Origin: an uncultured Bacilli bacterium
GTDB taxonomy: Bacteria > Bacillota_I > Bacilli_A > RF39 > UBA660
Direction: 5' to 3'
Length of the DNA stretch: 31,606 nt
Assembly: GCA_947630205.1 (NCBI GenBank)
Contig: CANRGW010000001.1
Coordinates: forward strand, 1-31,606
Of this stretch, positions 16,415 to 26,450 are shown piece after piece. The position numbers were made by a program, and so were the translations under genes. The number at the start of each line of letters is the position of its first letter. Position 1 is the stretch's first letter. A model generated the notes under the pieces. It did not search any database. It saw only the letters and a list, made by a program, of their open reading frames with translations, and was not told the DNA's origin.

Positions 16415-19400
16415 TTAATCTTTTAATAAATCAATTAAGTAATAAACAGGGTGCTTATCCAAATTCTTTAAAGGCAAGATAACATGAAGTCGCAAGCCAG
16501 CATAAGTAAATTTAAAATCATGCGAAATAGAAAATGATTTTGTAAATAGTGCTTCGGCATTTATTTCTTTCGTTGCTTCTATTGAATATATAAGTTCTAT
16601 TTTATCTTTCGTTTCGAAAACTTCTTCTATTCCTTTCGACTTAGCTAATTTTTCAAACCATTCTTGATACATATAAACAAGTATTTCTTCTGAGACTTTT
16701 CCAAATCTATCTTCAAATTCTTCTTTAACACTTAGTAATTTTTCATAAGAGTCTATAGTATTAATTAATTTATGAATTTCAATTTTTAAATCACTTTCCG
16801 TTACATATTTATCGTCTATATGAGTAGATACATTCATTAAAGGTTTTTCATCTTTTATTTCTTCAGGAGCAATAACTTCTCCTTTTAAACGTTTAATTTC
16901 ATCATTTAAGATTTTTAAATATAAATCTATTCCAACAGTATCAATAAAACCTGCCTGTTCACTTCCTAAAATATCCCCGGCTCCTCTTATGGATAAATCT
17001 CGACTTGCTATATTATACCCACTTCCTAACTCTGTAAATTCTTTTAAAACATTTAGTCTTTTAACGGCTTCTTCATTTAAAATTTTATGTTCAGGATACA
17101 TTAAATAAGCATAAGCAATTTTATCACTTCTTCCAACTCTTCCTCGTATTTGATAAAGTTGAGCAAGACCAAATTTTGAAGCATCTAAAACTATTAAAGT
17201 ATTAGCATTAGAAATATCAATACCAGTTTCTATTATCGTTGTACAAAGTAAAATATCGTATTCATGATTAATAAATTTTAACATTCTATTTTCTAGTTCT
17301 ACTTTAGATAATTGCCCATGAGCGACTACTATTTTTGCACTTGGTACAAGTTTTTGAATTTCTAGCATTTTGTTTTCAATTGTTTCCACCCGATTATAAA
17401 GAATAAATACTTGCCCATCTCTTGCTAATTCTTTAACAATAGCATCTTTTATTAATTGTTCTTGTTCATAGACAACATAAGTTTGAACAGGAAATCTATT
17501 TACAGGAGGCGTTTTGATAACTGATAATGATCTAATTCCAATAATTGACATTTGTAAGGTTCTTGGAATTGGCGTTGCCGTTAAAGTTAAAACATCAACA
17601 TTTGCTTTATATTGCTTTAATTTTTCTTTATGTTTAACCCCAAATCTTTGTTCTTCATCAATAATTAAAAGTCCTAAATCACGAGGTTTAATATCATCAC
17701 TTAATAAACGATGGGTTCCTATTACAACATCAACTTCGCCAGTTTCTAATTTTTTTATAATTTCTTTCGCTTTTTTTGCTGTTGTAAAACGATTAAATAA
17801 TTCTATATTAACAGGGAAACTTTTAAATCTTTCTAAAGCATTTTGATATTGTTGATTAGAAAGGATGGTTGTTGGACAAAGATATAAAACTTGTTTACCA
17901 TCATAAACGGCTTTAAAGATAGCCCGGAAAGCCACTTCTGTTTTGCCAAAGCCAACATCTCCACATAAAAGTCTATCCATTGGATGCTCATCTTCCATAT
18001 CCCGTTTTATTTCTTCATAAGTTGTTAATTGATCTAAAGTTGGTTCATGCATAAATTCATTGTAAAAATCCTCATGATACTTAGTATCTTTAGAAAAAGC
18101 AAAACCTTTTTGCATTTCTCTTTCTGCATATAATCTTATTAATTTTTCAGCAATATCATGAACTTTATTAATAATTCGTTGCTTATTCTTTCGCCATTCT
18201 GAACTTCCTAAACCATTTATCTTAGGAGTTACTCCTTCTTTACCAGAATATTTACTAATAAGTTCAATTTTTTCAACTGGTATATAAAGTTTATCATTAT
18301 CTTTATAAAGTATTTCTAAATAATCTTTTTGTAAAGTACCAACCTTTAAAGTTTTTATACCATTATAAATACCTATCCCATTAATACTATGAACAATATA
18401 ATCGCCTTTTACTAATTTATTAACATTACTTATCTTGGTCGCATATTTAAACTTCGTTTTATATTTTTTCTTCGTAGCACTTATATTAAACAAATCTTTA
18501 TCCGTTAAAACAACGGCTGTTTCAAGAAGAAAACCTTTTGGTAAATCAAATATCACAATATTAACTAAATTATTACTTAAATTATTAATATCTGTTAAAA
18601 CATAAGGAACTTCTAAATACTTAAGAAAGTTTTTAATTTGATATTCTTTCAAACAAATAATAACTTGTTTTTTTAAACCAAGGGCTTCTTTTAAATATTT
18701 ATTAATTAAATCTATATTTTCATGAAATTTAGGAGACTCTTTAACATGAAAATTTAAATAGTTAGAAAATTCATGATTAGGAAGTAAATTATCTAAACTT
18801 AAATAATGAACAACTTTATCTTTATCTAAAATATCTAGAGGAAACATATAAGAACCATGATAATTTTTATCATTTTCTTGATAAACTTTTATTTCTTCCT
18901 GCATCTTTTGATAAGTATTTAAAATAATAGTATAATCTCTTGCAATTACTATAGGTTTATTTACATAATCTAAGATATTTTTCGTATTTTTAAGATATTT
19001 AGGTAAATTTTTTTGTTTACGTTCTTCTTCTTTTAAATTTTCATAGTCATCTAATAAGAACTCTGTATAAGGATAAATTGTTATTTCTTTTATTTCTTCT
19101 AAAGACTTTTGCGTTTCTTCATCGAAAATTCTAATGGAGTCTATCTCATCACCAAAAAATTCAAAACGGATAGGATGATTTTCGGATACTGGAAAAATAT
19201 CAATGATAAAACCTCTTACACCTAATTCACCTGTAGTTGTTACTAAACTTTCTCTTTTATAACCAATATTATAAAATAATTCAACTAAATCTTTAGGAGC
19301 AATTGTATCTCCTTTTTTCAAAGTTAAAACATTTTTTTCATAAGTTTTTTTATTAGGTAAATATCTTAAATAACTAATCATGTGGGTAATAACAATCTCT

Positions 19401-19702
19401 GGAGAGCCTTTTAACAATTCATTTAAGGTTTCTAATCTTGTTATCATTAAATCAGGACTTGTACTAAGGGCTTCACTTGTTAAAAAATCATCCATAGGAA
19501 AAAATAAAACATTGTTAGTTAAAGATGTTAAAATATTCAATAAATTATTAGCATCAGGTAAACTAGCAGTAACAACAACAATACTTCTTTTTTCTTCTTG
19601 AAAAGTTTTTAATAAAGAAAGGCAAAAAGACTCATCAGTCATTCCTGATAAGCCAAGATTTTCTTGATAACTTATATTAAATAAATCAAATAATTTATTC
19701 AC
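16415..19702 (-). CDS. mfd: Transcription-repair coupling factor
   Basis: UvrB-like N-terminus; RID HSINGIG; GDVGFGKTEVA, DEEQRFGV, TATPIPRT and QIRGRVGR motifs; TRCF C-terminus; GTG start overlapping pth. Confidence 0.98.
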   Translation of the reverse strand: MNKLFDLFNISYQENLGLSGMTDESFCLSLLKTFQEEKRSIVVVTASLPDANNLLNILTSLTNNVLFFPMDDFLTSEALSTSPDLMITRLETLNELLKGSPEIVITHMISYLRYLPNKKTYEKNVLTLKKGDTIAPKDLVELFYNIGYKRESLVTTTGELGVRGFIIDIFPVSENHPIRFEFFGDEIDSIRIFDEETQKSLEEIKEITIYPYTEFLLDDYENLKEEERKQKNLPKYLKNTKNILDYVNKPIVIARDYTIILNTYQKMQEEIKVYQENDKNYHGSYMFPLDILDKDKVVHYLSLDNLLPNHEFSNYLNFHVKESPKFHENIDLINKYLKEALGLKKQVIICLKEYQIKNFLKYLEVPYVLTDINNLSNNLVNIVIFDLPKGFLLETAVVLTDKDLFNISATKKKYKTKFKYATKISNVNKLVKGDYIVHSINGIGIYNGIKTLKVGTLQKDYLEILYKDNDKLYIPVEKIELISKYSGKEGVTPKINGLGSSEWRKNKQRIINKVHDIAEKLIRLYAEREMQKGFAFSKDTKYHEDFYNEFMHEPTLDQLTTYEEIKRDMEDEHPMDRLLCGDVGFGKTEVAFRAIFKAVYDGKQVLYLCPTTILSNQQYQNALERFKSFPVNIELFNRFTTAKKAKEIIKKLETGEVDVVIGTHRLLSDDIKPRDLGLLIIDEEQRFGVKHKEKLKQYKANVDVLTLTATPIPRTLQMSIIGIRSLSVIKTPPVNRFPVQTYVVYEQEQLIKDAIVKELARDGQVFILYNRVETIENKMLEIQKLVPSAKIVVAHGQLSKVELENRMLKFINHEYDILLCTTIIETGIDISNANTLIVLDASKFGLAQLYQIRGRVGRSDKIAYAYLMYPEHKILNEEAVKRLNVLKEFTELGSGYNIASRDLSIRGAGDILGSEQAGFIDTVGIDLYLKILNDEIKRLKGEVIAPEEIKDEKPLMNVSTHIDDKYVTESDLKIEIHKLINTIDSYEKLLSVKEEFEDRFGKVSEEILVYMYQEWFEKLAKSKGIEEVFETKDKIELIYSIEATKEINAEALFTKSFSISHDFKFTYAGLRLHVILPLKNLDKHPVYYLIDLLKD

Positions 19703-20267
19703 CTAAATCTCTCCTATTATATTTTGACATTAAATCATTAAAAGGTAATTTAAAATAATCATTTAGCAAATTTACAATTATAGAATTTATACTAGTTAAC
19801 TTCTTTTCTTCTTCTAAAGAAAATGCAGCAAGAACATAATCTTTAGTATCCATTTTTATATCTTTAGAAATACCAATTTTTAATCTTTTAAATTCTTCTG
19901 TTTGAATATTGGAAATAATATTTTTAATACCATTATGTCCGCCTGCACTTCCATTTTCTTTTAACTTTATTCGTCCTAATGAAAGATCTAAATCATCATG
20001 AATTACTAAAATATCTTCTGGTAAAATTTTAAAATAATTCATGAATTTTTTGACAACTTCTCCGGATAAGTTCATATATGATAAAGGTTTTAAGAAAATA
20101 ATATCTGTGTTTTGATAAGTTGTTTTTAAATACAAGCCATTAAATTTTTCTTTAAAGTTACCTAATTTATTTTGCATGACAAATAAATCTAAATAACGAA
20201 AACCAATATTATGTCTTGTTTTTGCATATTCTTTGCCAGGATTTCCCAAACCAACGATTAATTTCAT
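19695..20267 (-). CDS. pth: Peptidyl-tRNA hydrolase
   Basis: LIVGLGNPG, TRHNIGF, YMNLSG, HDDLDL and GGHNG motifs. Confidence 0.98.
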   Translation of the reverse strand: MKLIVGLGNPGKEYAKTRHNIGFRYLDLFVMQNKLGNFKEKFNGLYLKTTYQNTDIIFLKPLSYMNLSGEVVKKFMNYFKILPEDILVIHDDLDLSLGRIKLKENGSAGGHNGIKNIISNIQTEEFKRLKIGISKDIKMDTKDYVLAAFSLEEEKKLTSINSIIVNLLNDYFKLPFNDLMSKYNRRDLGE

Positions 20268-20288
20268 TTTAAATAACCTTACTTTCTT

Positions 20289-21122
20289 TTATTTTTTCTT
20301 TTTTGTATCATCTAAAGATACCATATAATCATGAATAGCCTTTATTGAATTACTATCTTCTTCACTTAAACTTTTCTTAGCAGGTTGTTCACGTTCTTCT
20401 AATAAACTTGCTTTTAAAGTTTGGCGGTATCTAGCATAATTTGTAAGTTTTCTCTCTAAATTACTTATAGCAGCATCAGGATTAGGAAGATAGGCTTTGC
20501 TAACAAAAGATTTAATATCTTTTTGAACTTGAACATAATTTTGAATACTAGCATCTAAAATAGCATTGATTTCATCTTGACTAGATATATATAAAATATT
20601 TCCTAGTAAAACAGGTATTTCATCATAAGTTTTATCTATTAAAGTAGAAAAAACATTTTCAACATTTTCTTTCGTCCATTTACAAACATTTAAAGCATAT
20701 CTTGCTACTAAAGTACAAGTTTTTTCATAATCAAGTCCCCAAATTAAACATTTTTCGGTTATATGAAGTTTATTAAATCTAACTTTTTGAAAATATCTAA
20801 ATAAATACTCAATAACTATTTTAGAAATAGGTTCACTTTCCCATAATTTTTTATTATAACGCATATCAGCATTTACCATTTCTGCTAATAAAATACGATA
20901 CTTATCAATAAAACGAGCCCTATCTTTGGAAAATAAAAAAGTTGCTTCATTTACTGTTAATTCATAAATGGGCTTTTTTAAAGTAAATTGCATATAATCA
21001 AAAACTTCCGATAATAATTCATCATAAAAAAGATGTTTTCTTTCACAAAAACGACTTATTGCTTTCTTTTCAAAATTAACTTTTTGACAAAAATCATAAT
21101 ATTCTTTTACATTTTCTTCCAT
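20289..21122 (-). CDS. Hypothetical protein with an internal repeat
   Basis: 277-aa ORF; RBS AGGTGA overlaps the yabB stop; residues 9-43 align without gaps to 108-142. Confidence 0.8.
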   Translation of the reverse strand: MEENVKEYYDFCQKVNFEKKAISRFCERKHLFYDELLSEVFDYMQFTLKKPIYELTVNEATFLFSKDRARFIDKYRILLAEMVNADMRYNKKLWESEPISKIVIEYLFRYFQKVRFNKLHITEKCLIWGLDYEKTCTLVARYALNVCKWTKENVENVFSTLIDKTYDEIPVLLGNILYISSQDEINAILDASIQNYVQVQKDIKSFVSKAYLPNPDAAISNLERKLTNYARYRQTLKASLLEEREQPAKKSLSEEDSNSIKAIHDYMVSLDDTKKKK

Positions 21123-21126
21123 ATTA

Positions 21127-21843
21127 TCACCTAAATAACTCTTTTATTTCTTTTTTATAACTTAAATCTTTATTATAAATATAAATTCCCTCTTGGATTT
21201 TTAAACCTGCGCGACCATTTTTAACAGCCTTTATCATAAATAATTTAGACGTCTTGCCTTTATAAGGATAAATAAATGCTATTTCTTTAGGAACTAAACG
21301 ATATTTTTTTAAAATATCTAATATTTCGATTAAACGTTCCGTCCGATGAACCATATAAAAAGAACCATTATCTTTTAAAAGAAATAAAGTAATCTTTGCT
21401 AATTCTTCTAAAGTCAAACTATTTTCATGTCTTGCCGTTGCTTTAATAGCATTTTCATTTACTAAACTATCATCTAAGACTTTAAAATAAGGGGGATTAA
21501 CTGTTATTATATCAAATGTATCACCTTTAAAAACTTGTTTTAAGTTTTTAACATCTTCATTTAAAATTGTAATTTGATCTTCTTTATGATTAATTTTTAT
21601 ACTATCAATTGCTAAATCATATACTTCTTTTTGTAGTTCAACTCCATAAATTTTAGCCTTAGTCTTAAGGGATAAAATTAAAGGAATAGGAGCATTACCA
21701 GTACATAAATCTAAAATCATTTTATCTCTTAAATTAACATTTACAAAATTAGGAAGTAAAATAGACTCTAAAGAGAATTTAAAAAAATCTTCGTCTTGAT
21801 AAATCTTCAAATTCTTATCAAGAATATCATTTAAAACTTTCAT
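21127..21843 (-). CDS. yabB: tRNA1(Val) adenine(37)-N6 methyltransferase family (YabB/TrmN6)
   Basis: LDLCTGNA SAM motif, NPPY, ARHE and VHRTERL; follows yaaT. Confidence 0.9.
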   Translation of the reverse strand: MKVLNDILDKNLKIYQDEDFFKFSLESILLPNFVNVNLRDKMILDLCTGNAPIPLILSLKTKAKIYGVELQKEVYDLAIDSIKINHKEDQITILNEDVKNLKQVFKGDTFDIITVNPPYFKVLDDSLVNENAIKATARHENSLTLEELAKITLFLLKDNGSFYMVHRTERLIEILDILKKYRLVPKEIAFIYPYKGKTSKLFMIKAVKNGRAGLKIQEGIYIYNKDLSYKKEIKELFR

Positions 21844-22625
21844 ACTTCTATATAAATCTCTTCTTGATGATGGTTTTCATCTTCTAATTTAACTTTTCTT
21901 TTGTAAATATCAATATCAATTACTTTATAATTATCTCCATTATAATTATAGTTATCTCCAATATTAGGAAGTCCTTTTTTTAATTCTTTATAAGTATCAT
22001 CTTCATAAGCAAGGCAACATAAAAGTCTGCCACAAGCACCATTTATTTTCGAAGGGTTTAAAGCCAACATCTGATTTTTAGCCATATTAATTGTTACACT
22101 GTTTAAATCTGTTAAAAAGGAATTACAACATAAAAATCTGCCACAAGGTCCTAGTCCTCCTATTTCTCTTGCTTTATCACGAATACCTATTTGGCGAAGT
22201 TCTATTCTCGTTTTATATATTTGAGCAAGTCTTTTAGCAAGTTCACGAAAATCAATTCTATCATCAGCCGTAAAATTAAAAAGTAATTGCTTTCTATCAA
22301 AAGTATAATTAGCATCAAGAATATTCATTTCTAAATTTAATTCTTGAACAAGTCTTCGAGCCTTTTTTAAAGCTTCTTTACTTTCTTCTAAATTTTTATC
22401 ATAAACTTTTCTATCATCTTTATTAGCAACTCTTAAAATATCTTTTAAGGGACTTATTAAAGTTTCTTCTTCTATTTCTTTAGATGGAATTAAGACAAAG
22501 CCATATTGCAAACCTCTTTCTGTTTCAACAATTACTTCTTGATTAATTTTTAAATCTAAATCATTTTTATTAAAATAGTAAACTCGACCTTTTAAAGAAA
22601 ATTTTATTCCTGTTACGGTAAGCAT
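21840..22625 (-). CDS. ricT: PSP1-domain protein YaaT/RicT
   Basis: FTADDRIDFRELAK, RIELRQIG.RD.A, GPCGRFLCC and GACGRLLCCL motifs. Confidence 0.93.
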   Translation of the reverse strand: MLTVTGIKFSLKGRVYYFNKNDLDLKINQEVIVETERGLQYGFVLIPSKEIEEETLISPLKDILRVANKDDRKVYDKNLEESKEALKKARRLVQELNLEMNILDANYTFDRKQLLFNFTADDRIDFRELAKRLAQIYKTRIELRQIGIRDKAREIGGLGPCGRFLCCNSFLTDLNSVTINMAKNQMLALNPSKINGACGRLLCCLAYEDDTYKELKKGLPNIGDNYNYNGDNYKVIDIDIYKRKVKLEDENHHQEEIYIEV

Positions 22626-22626
22626 C

Positions 22627-23505
22627 TTAATTCACCTCACATTTAGACATCTCTATAACAAATTTATCCATGAATAAATTAATATTTAAATTAGATATAT
22701 TTATTAACTTATTTTTAAATTGAACAATCTTTGAAAGATAAAAAATTAAGTCATCATTGGAGATGTCTTCTAAATTTGTCTTTATTATATCACAAAAAGG
22801 TTCTAAAAAAATAGGCTTTATTTGATAATTTATTTTTATTTTGGTATCAATTATTTTTTCTAAAAGATTAAAGGAAGCAATTATTTTATCACGATTTTCA
22901 TATTTATCTAAAAACATACTTTTTACTTCTGGTAAAAAGTTTTCTTTTAAAGAATTTAAAGTTTTTAAAAAATCAAGAAGAGGTTGCACTTCTTCTAAAG
23001 AATAATCTAAAGTAGAATTTCCTTTTAAACTAATTAAATTACATCTTGAAAAAATCGTTGGTAAAATTTGTTTTCTATTCTCTGTTATTAAAATACCATA
23101 CAAACCAGGTGCAGGTTCTTCAATAAACTTTAATAAAGAATTAGCAGAACTTAAATTAAGTTTTTCAGCATTTTTAATTATATATACTTGATTAGTATCA
23201 TTGACTGATTTTAAACTTAATTCCTTTTGTAAATTTTCAATAGCCTCTTTTTTTATACTAATACCGTCTGGTTCTATTACTTTTAAATCAGAGTAATAAC
23301 CTTCATCTATTAAATGACAAATGTTACAATCTGAACAATTAGTTAAATTTGTATAATGCTTTTTACAAATTATCATTTTGGCAAATGCTAAAATAAGCGG
23401 ATAACTTTTTTCTAAATTATCTACTTCAAATAAATATGCATGATAATATTTTTGTAAATTCGTGGCATAATCATAAAATTTATTATCTTTATAATCATCC
23501 AACAT
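22627..23505 (-). CDS. holB: DNA polymerase III delta' subunit
   Basis: HAYLF, Cys cluster C..NCSDCNIC, NSLLKFIEEP and ILPTIFSRC motifs; precedes yaaT. Confidence 0.9.
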   Translation of the reverse strand: MLDDYKDNKFYDYATNLQKYYHAYLFEVDNLEKSYPLILAFAKMIICKKHYTNLTNCSDCNICHLIDEGYYSDLKVIEPDGISIKKEAIENLQKELSLKSVNDTNQVYIIKNAEKLNLSSANSLLKFIEEPAPGLYGILITENRKQILPTIFSRCNLISLKGNSTLDYSLEEVQPLLDFLKTLNSLKENFLPEVKSMFLDKYENRDKIIASFNLLEKIIDTKIKINYQIKPIFLEPFCDIIKTNLEDISNDDLIFYLSKIVQFKNKLINISNLNINLFMDKFVIEMSKCEVN

Positions 23506-23513
23506 AAAACCAC

Positions 23514-23699
23514 CTACAATCCAACTATTTTTAAGACAACTAAGGCTAAAAGACCAGGAAAATCTAAAAGACCTATGGTTGTTATCGTAAAAAGATTTAT
23601 GGGAACAGTTATATTAAAAGTTACAGCAATTAAGTTATAAGCATAAAGTAAAAAACCACCCAAAATAAATCTTTTAAAATATTTTAAACATAATTTCAT
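23514..23699 (-). CDS. bofA: Pro-sigmaK processing inhibitor BofA family
   Basis: 61-aa hydrophobic protein with VPINLFT...GLLDFPGLLAL (BofA IPIN...LG.PG pattern), downstream of recR as in Bacillus. Confidence 0.75.
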   Translation of the reverse strand: MKLCLKYFKRFILGGFLLYAYNLIAVTFNITVPINLFTITTIGLLDFPGLLALVVLKIVGL

Positions 23700-23714
23700 A
23701 AAATCACCTATAAA

Positions 23715-23743
23715 AACTTATGATTTTAGAAAGATAATTTAGA
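23715..23743 (-). promoter_or_regulatory. SigmaE-like promoter upstream of bofA
   Basis: TCTAAAT (23743-23737), 14 bp, CATAAGTT (23722-23715), compared with the consensus TCATATT-14-CATACAWT. Confidence 0.45.
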
Positions 23744-24335
23744 CTATTTTTTTACGATTATCAAAAGCCTTTTCTAAAGTAATTGGGTCAATATATTCCA
23801 TATCAGCACCCATTGGTATACCTGATGCTAAACGGGAAACTAAAATATCCATACCTGATAATATATTATTAATATAAAGAGAAGTCATTTCTCCTTCTAA
23901 ACAAGGTTTAACAGCAATGATTACTTCTTTAAAATGACCATTTTCTATTCTTTTTATTAACTTATCAAGGCGAATATCTTCCGGATTAATACCATCAAGG
24001 GTTGAAATAAGTCCATTTAAAACATGATAATAACCATGAAATATTCCTTGTTTTTCAATATAGACAATCGTTTTAGGATCTTCAACAACACATAAATAAT
24101 CTGGATTTCTTGAACTATCTTCACAGATTGAACATTTATCTTCTTCCGTTAAATTATTACATATTTCACAACGTTTAATTTTAGACTTAACATTTTGTAT
24201 GCTTTCAATTAGAAAATTTGTTTGTTCAATATCCATTCCTAAAACTTGAAAAGCCCGACGTTCAGCTGTTTTTTCTCCAACACCTGGAAAATATTTAAAT
24301 GCTTCTATTAAATTACTAATACTGCGTGGATACAT
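23739..24335 (-). CDS. recR: Recombination mediator RecR
   Basis: FPGVGEKTA, C4 zinc finger CEIC...CSIC, YHVLNG and SRLASGIPMG motifs. Confidence 0.97.
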   Translation of the reverse strand: MYPRSISNLIEAFKYFPGVGEKTAERRAFQVLGMDIEQTNFLIESIQNVKSKIKRCEICNNLTEEDKCSICEDSSRNPDYLCVVEDPKTIVYIEKQGIFHGYYHVLNGLISTLDGINPEDIRLDKLIKRIENGHFKEVIIAVKPCLEGEMTSLYINNILSGMDILVSRLASGIPMGADMEYIDPITLEKAFDNRKKIV

Positions 24336-24340
24336 AATGA

Positions 24341-24640
24341 TTAAAATAAACCTGGCATGCCATTAGCATACTTACCTAATTTTTGTTCTGTTACTTTATC
24401 TACTTGTTTTAAAGCATCATTAACAGCGACTTGAACCATATCTTCTAAAAGGTCTACATCAGAAACTTCAAAATCACTATCTGGTTTAATCGTTACCTTA
24501 ACTATTTCTTTTTTACCATTTACTTTTACTGTAACAAAAGAACTTTCGGCTGTAAATTCCATCTTGTCTATTTCTTCTTTGGCTTTCATCATTTCTTTTT
24601 GCAAACTTTGAGCTTGCTTCATAAGGGCTTGTATATTCAT
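24341..24640 (-). CDS. ybaB: YbaB/EbfC nucleoid-associated protein
   Basis: MNIQALMKQAQ...LLEDMVQVAVNDAL...MPGLF; dnaX-ybaB-recR synteny. Confidence 0.95.
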   Translation of the reverse strand: MNIQALMKQAQSLQKEMMKAKEEIDKMEFTAESSFVTVKVNGKKEIVKVTIKPDSDFEVSDVDLLEDMVQVAVNDALKQVDKVTEQKLGKYANGMPGLF

Positions 24641-24649
24641 TTTTTCCTC

Positions 24650-26389
24650 CTATTCAACTTCAACGTATTCACTTCCGAATACATCTATTGCTTTCTGTAC
24701 TAAATTAGAGTAACATACTTCTTTATTATTTTCAACTTCTACTTTCGGATAAATTATAAATTCCTCTGTCTCTTCTTGATAAGAATAATAATTCTCATCT
24801 TTCATATGCTCTTTATATTTTAAAACTTCTTCTTGAAACTCTTTATCACTTAAAATTACTAATTTATAGGTATTTCCCAAAATTTTATTTAATAATTCCG
24901 TTATCAAGTTTAAATCTAAATAAATCTTATCAATAACTGATGGGTACTTCGTTGTTAAAATAATATTCGTGTTACTAACAACACCTAAAGTACAATCTTT
25001 TAAAAGTCCTGCTACTTCTTCATATTTATCGTCTGTTAAATAACCACTTAAATCTTGCCATTTTGAAAGAGCCATATTTTTTAATAATTTACTGGCTAAA
25101 GCAAATGTATTATTAATTCTTTGAATTTTTACTTTTTCGTTTATCTGATATGTTTTAGAGGCTTTTAAATTAGGGGTATTAGGAATTTCCTGGGAAATAA
25201 CTTTAGGGGCTACCTCTTTCGTTTCAAGAACTTTAGGTTCAGATTTTTTTTCTTCTTCTTGTCTTGGTTCTTCTTTTCTTTCTTGTTGCTTTACCTCGTT
25301 TTCTTTAGTTCTTGCTTCTTCATTAATGGATACATTATCTTCTTGCTTTTTATTTTTTCTATTCATGAACATTAAAAGTTTTACTTCAACAATTATCCGA
25401 CGATTAGCAGCCTCTTTTAATAAATTATAAGTTTCATTAAAGCACATTATCAAAGAATATAATTCATCTGGATTTTGTTTTTGTTCACTAGAGCCTGTTA
25501 TTTCTAAAACTAATAAATCTCTTAGTTCTTCTAAAAGTTTTTCAATTAACTTAGAAAAATCATATCCTAATTCATCAAATTTATCTAAAGTTTTTAATAC
25601 TTCTTCCGTCTTATTAGTTAAAATCAGATTAATAAATTCTTCCATATCACTTTTAGAAATAAGACCATTTATCTTTAAAAAATCTTCGGCTGTTATTTCT
25701 TTTAAGGAATAAGATGCAAGTTTATCAAGCATTCCTAAAGCATCGCGCATTCCACCATCGGCATATAAAGCAACTTCATGAATAGCATCATCAGTTATCT
25801 TGATTTTTTCTTGCTTAGCAACTTCTTGTAAACGTTTTTCAATTGATGAAGTTTTTATTCTCGTAAAATTTAAACATTGGCATCTTGATACTATTGTTGT
25901 TGGTACTTTATAAAACTCCGTTGTTGCCAAGATAAAAATTACATGGCTAGGTGGTTCTTCAAGTGTTTTTAATAAAGCATTAAAAGCACTTATTGATAAC
26001 ATGTGTACTTCATCAATGATATAAACTTTATATTTTAATTTATTAGGAACTAAATTTATTTTACTTTTTAATTCCCGAATTTCATCAACACCATTGTTAC
26101 TGGCTGCATCGATTTCGATTATATCAGAACTATTAGCATCGATATCTAAACAATTCTCGCACTTATGACAAATTGAAAAATCTTCTCCTAAATTTAGACA
26201 ATTAACCGTTTTCGCAACTAACTTAGCAATTGTCGTTTTCCCCGTTCCTCTTGGACCAGAAAATAAATAAGCATGGGAGATTTTATTTTCTTTTATAGAA
26301 TTAGTTAAAATTTTTAAAATACTTTCTTGGTCAACTACATCACTAAATTTTTCAGGTCGATATTTTCGATATAAAGCCTGATATTCCAT
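24650..26389 (-). CDS. dnaX: DNA polymerase III subunit gamma/tau
   Basis: YQALYRKYRP, GPRGTGKTT, EIDAASNNGVD, IIDEVHML, SRC and GGMRDA motifs; start ATG 26389 after RBS GGTGGTG. Confidence 0.98.
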   Translation of the reverse strand: MEYQALYRKYRPEKFSDVVDQESILKILTNSIKENKISHAYLFSGPRGTGKTTIAKLVAKTVNCLNLGEDFSICHKCENCLDIDANSSDIIEIDAASNNGVDEIRELKSKINLVPNKLKYKVYIIDEVHMLSISAFNALLKTLEEPPSHVIFILATTEFYKVPTTIVSRCQCLNFTRIKTSSIEKRLQEVAKQEKIKITDDAIHEVALYADGGMRDALGMLDKLASYSLKEITAEDFLKINGLISKSDMEEFINLILTNKTEEVLKTLDKFDELGYDFSKLIEKLLEELRDLLVLEITGSSEQKQNPDELYSLIMCFNETYNLLKEAANRRIIVEVKLLMFMNRKNKKQEDNVSINEEARTKENEVKQQERKEEPRQEEEKKSEPKVLETKEVAPKVISQEIPNTPNLKASKTYQINEKVKIQRINNTFALASKLLKNMALSKWQDLSGYLTDDKYEEVAGLLKDCTLGVVSNTNIILTTKYPSVIDKIYLDLNLITELLNKILGNTYKLVILSDKEFQEEVLKYKEHMKDENYYSYQEETEEFIIYPKVEVENNKEVCYSNLVQKAIDVFGSEYVEVE

Positions 26390-26415
26390 ATTATCACCAC
26401 CATTCATCTATTTAT

Positions 26416-26424
26416 ATTATAACA
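26416..26424 (-). promoter_or_regulatory. Extended -10 promoter of dnaX
   Basis: TG-T-TATAAT with no recognisable -35 element. Confidence 0.55.
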
Positions 26425-26450
26425 AAAAAAACTATTTCCAGGGAAATAAT
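26423..26450 (-). terminator. Intrinsic terminator after tadA
   Basis: AUUAUUUC-CCUG-GAAAUAGU followed by a U8 run. Confidence 0.75.

Noticed and set aside
24255-24257. RecR AERRAF where AERLAF is usual
   Set aside because: A single substitution that cannot be told from a sequencing error; the rest of the gene is intact.
25350-25362. A-AAA-AAT run in dnaX whose -1 frame stops at once, which would give a gamma-like product
   Set aside because: A6 runs are common at this AT content, and I see no stimulatory hairpin or internal Shine-Dalgarno sequence.
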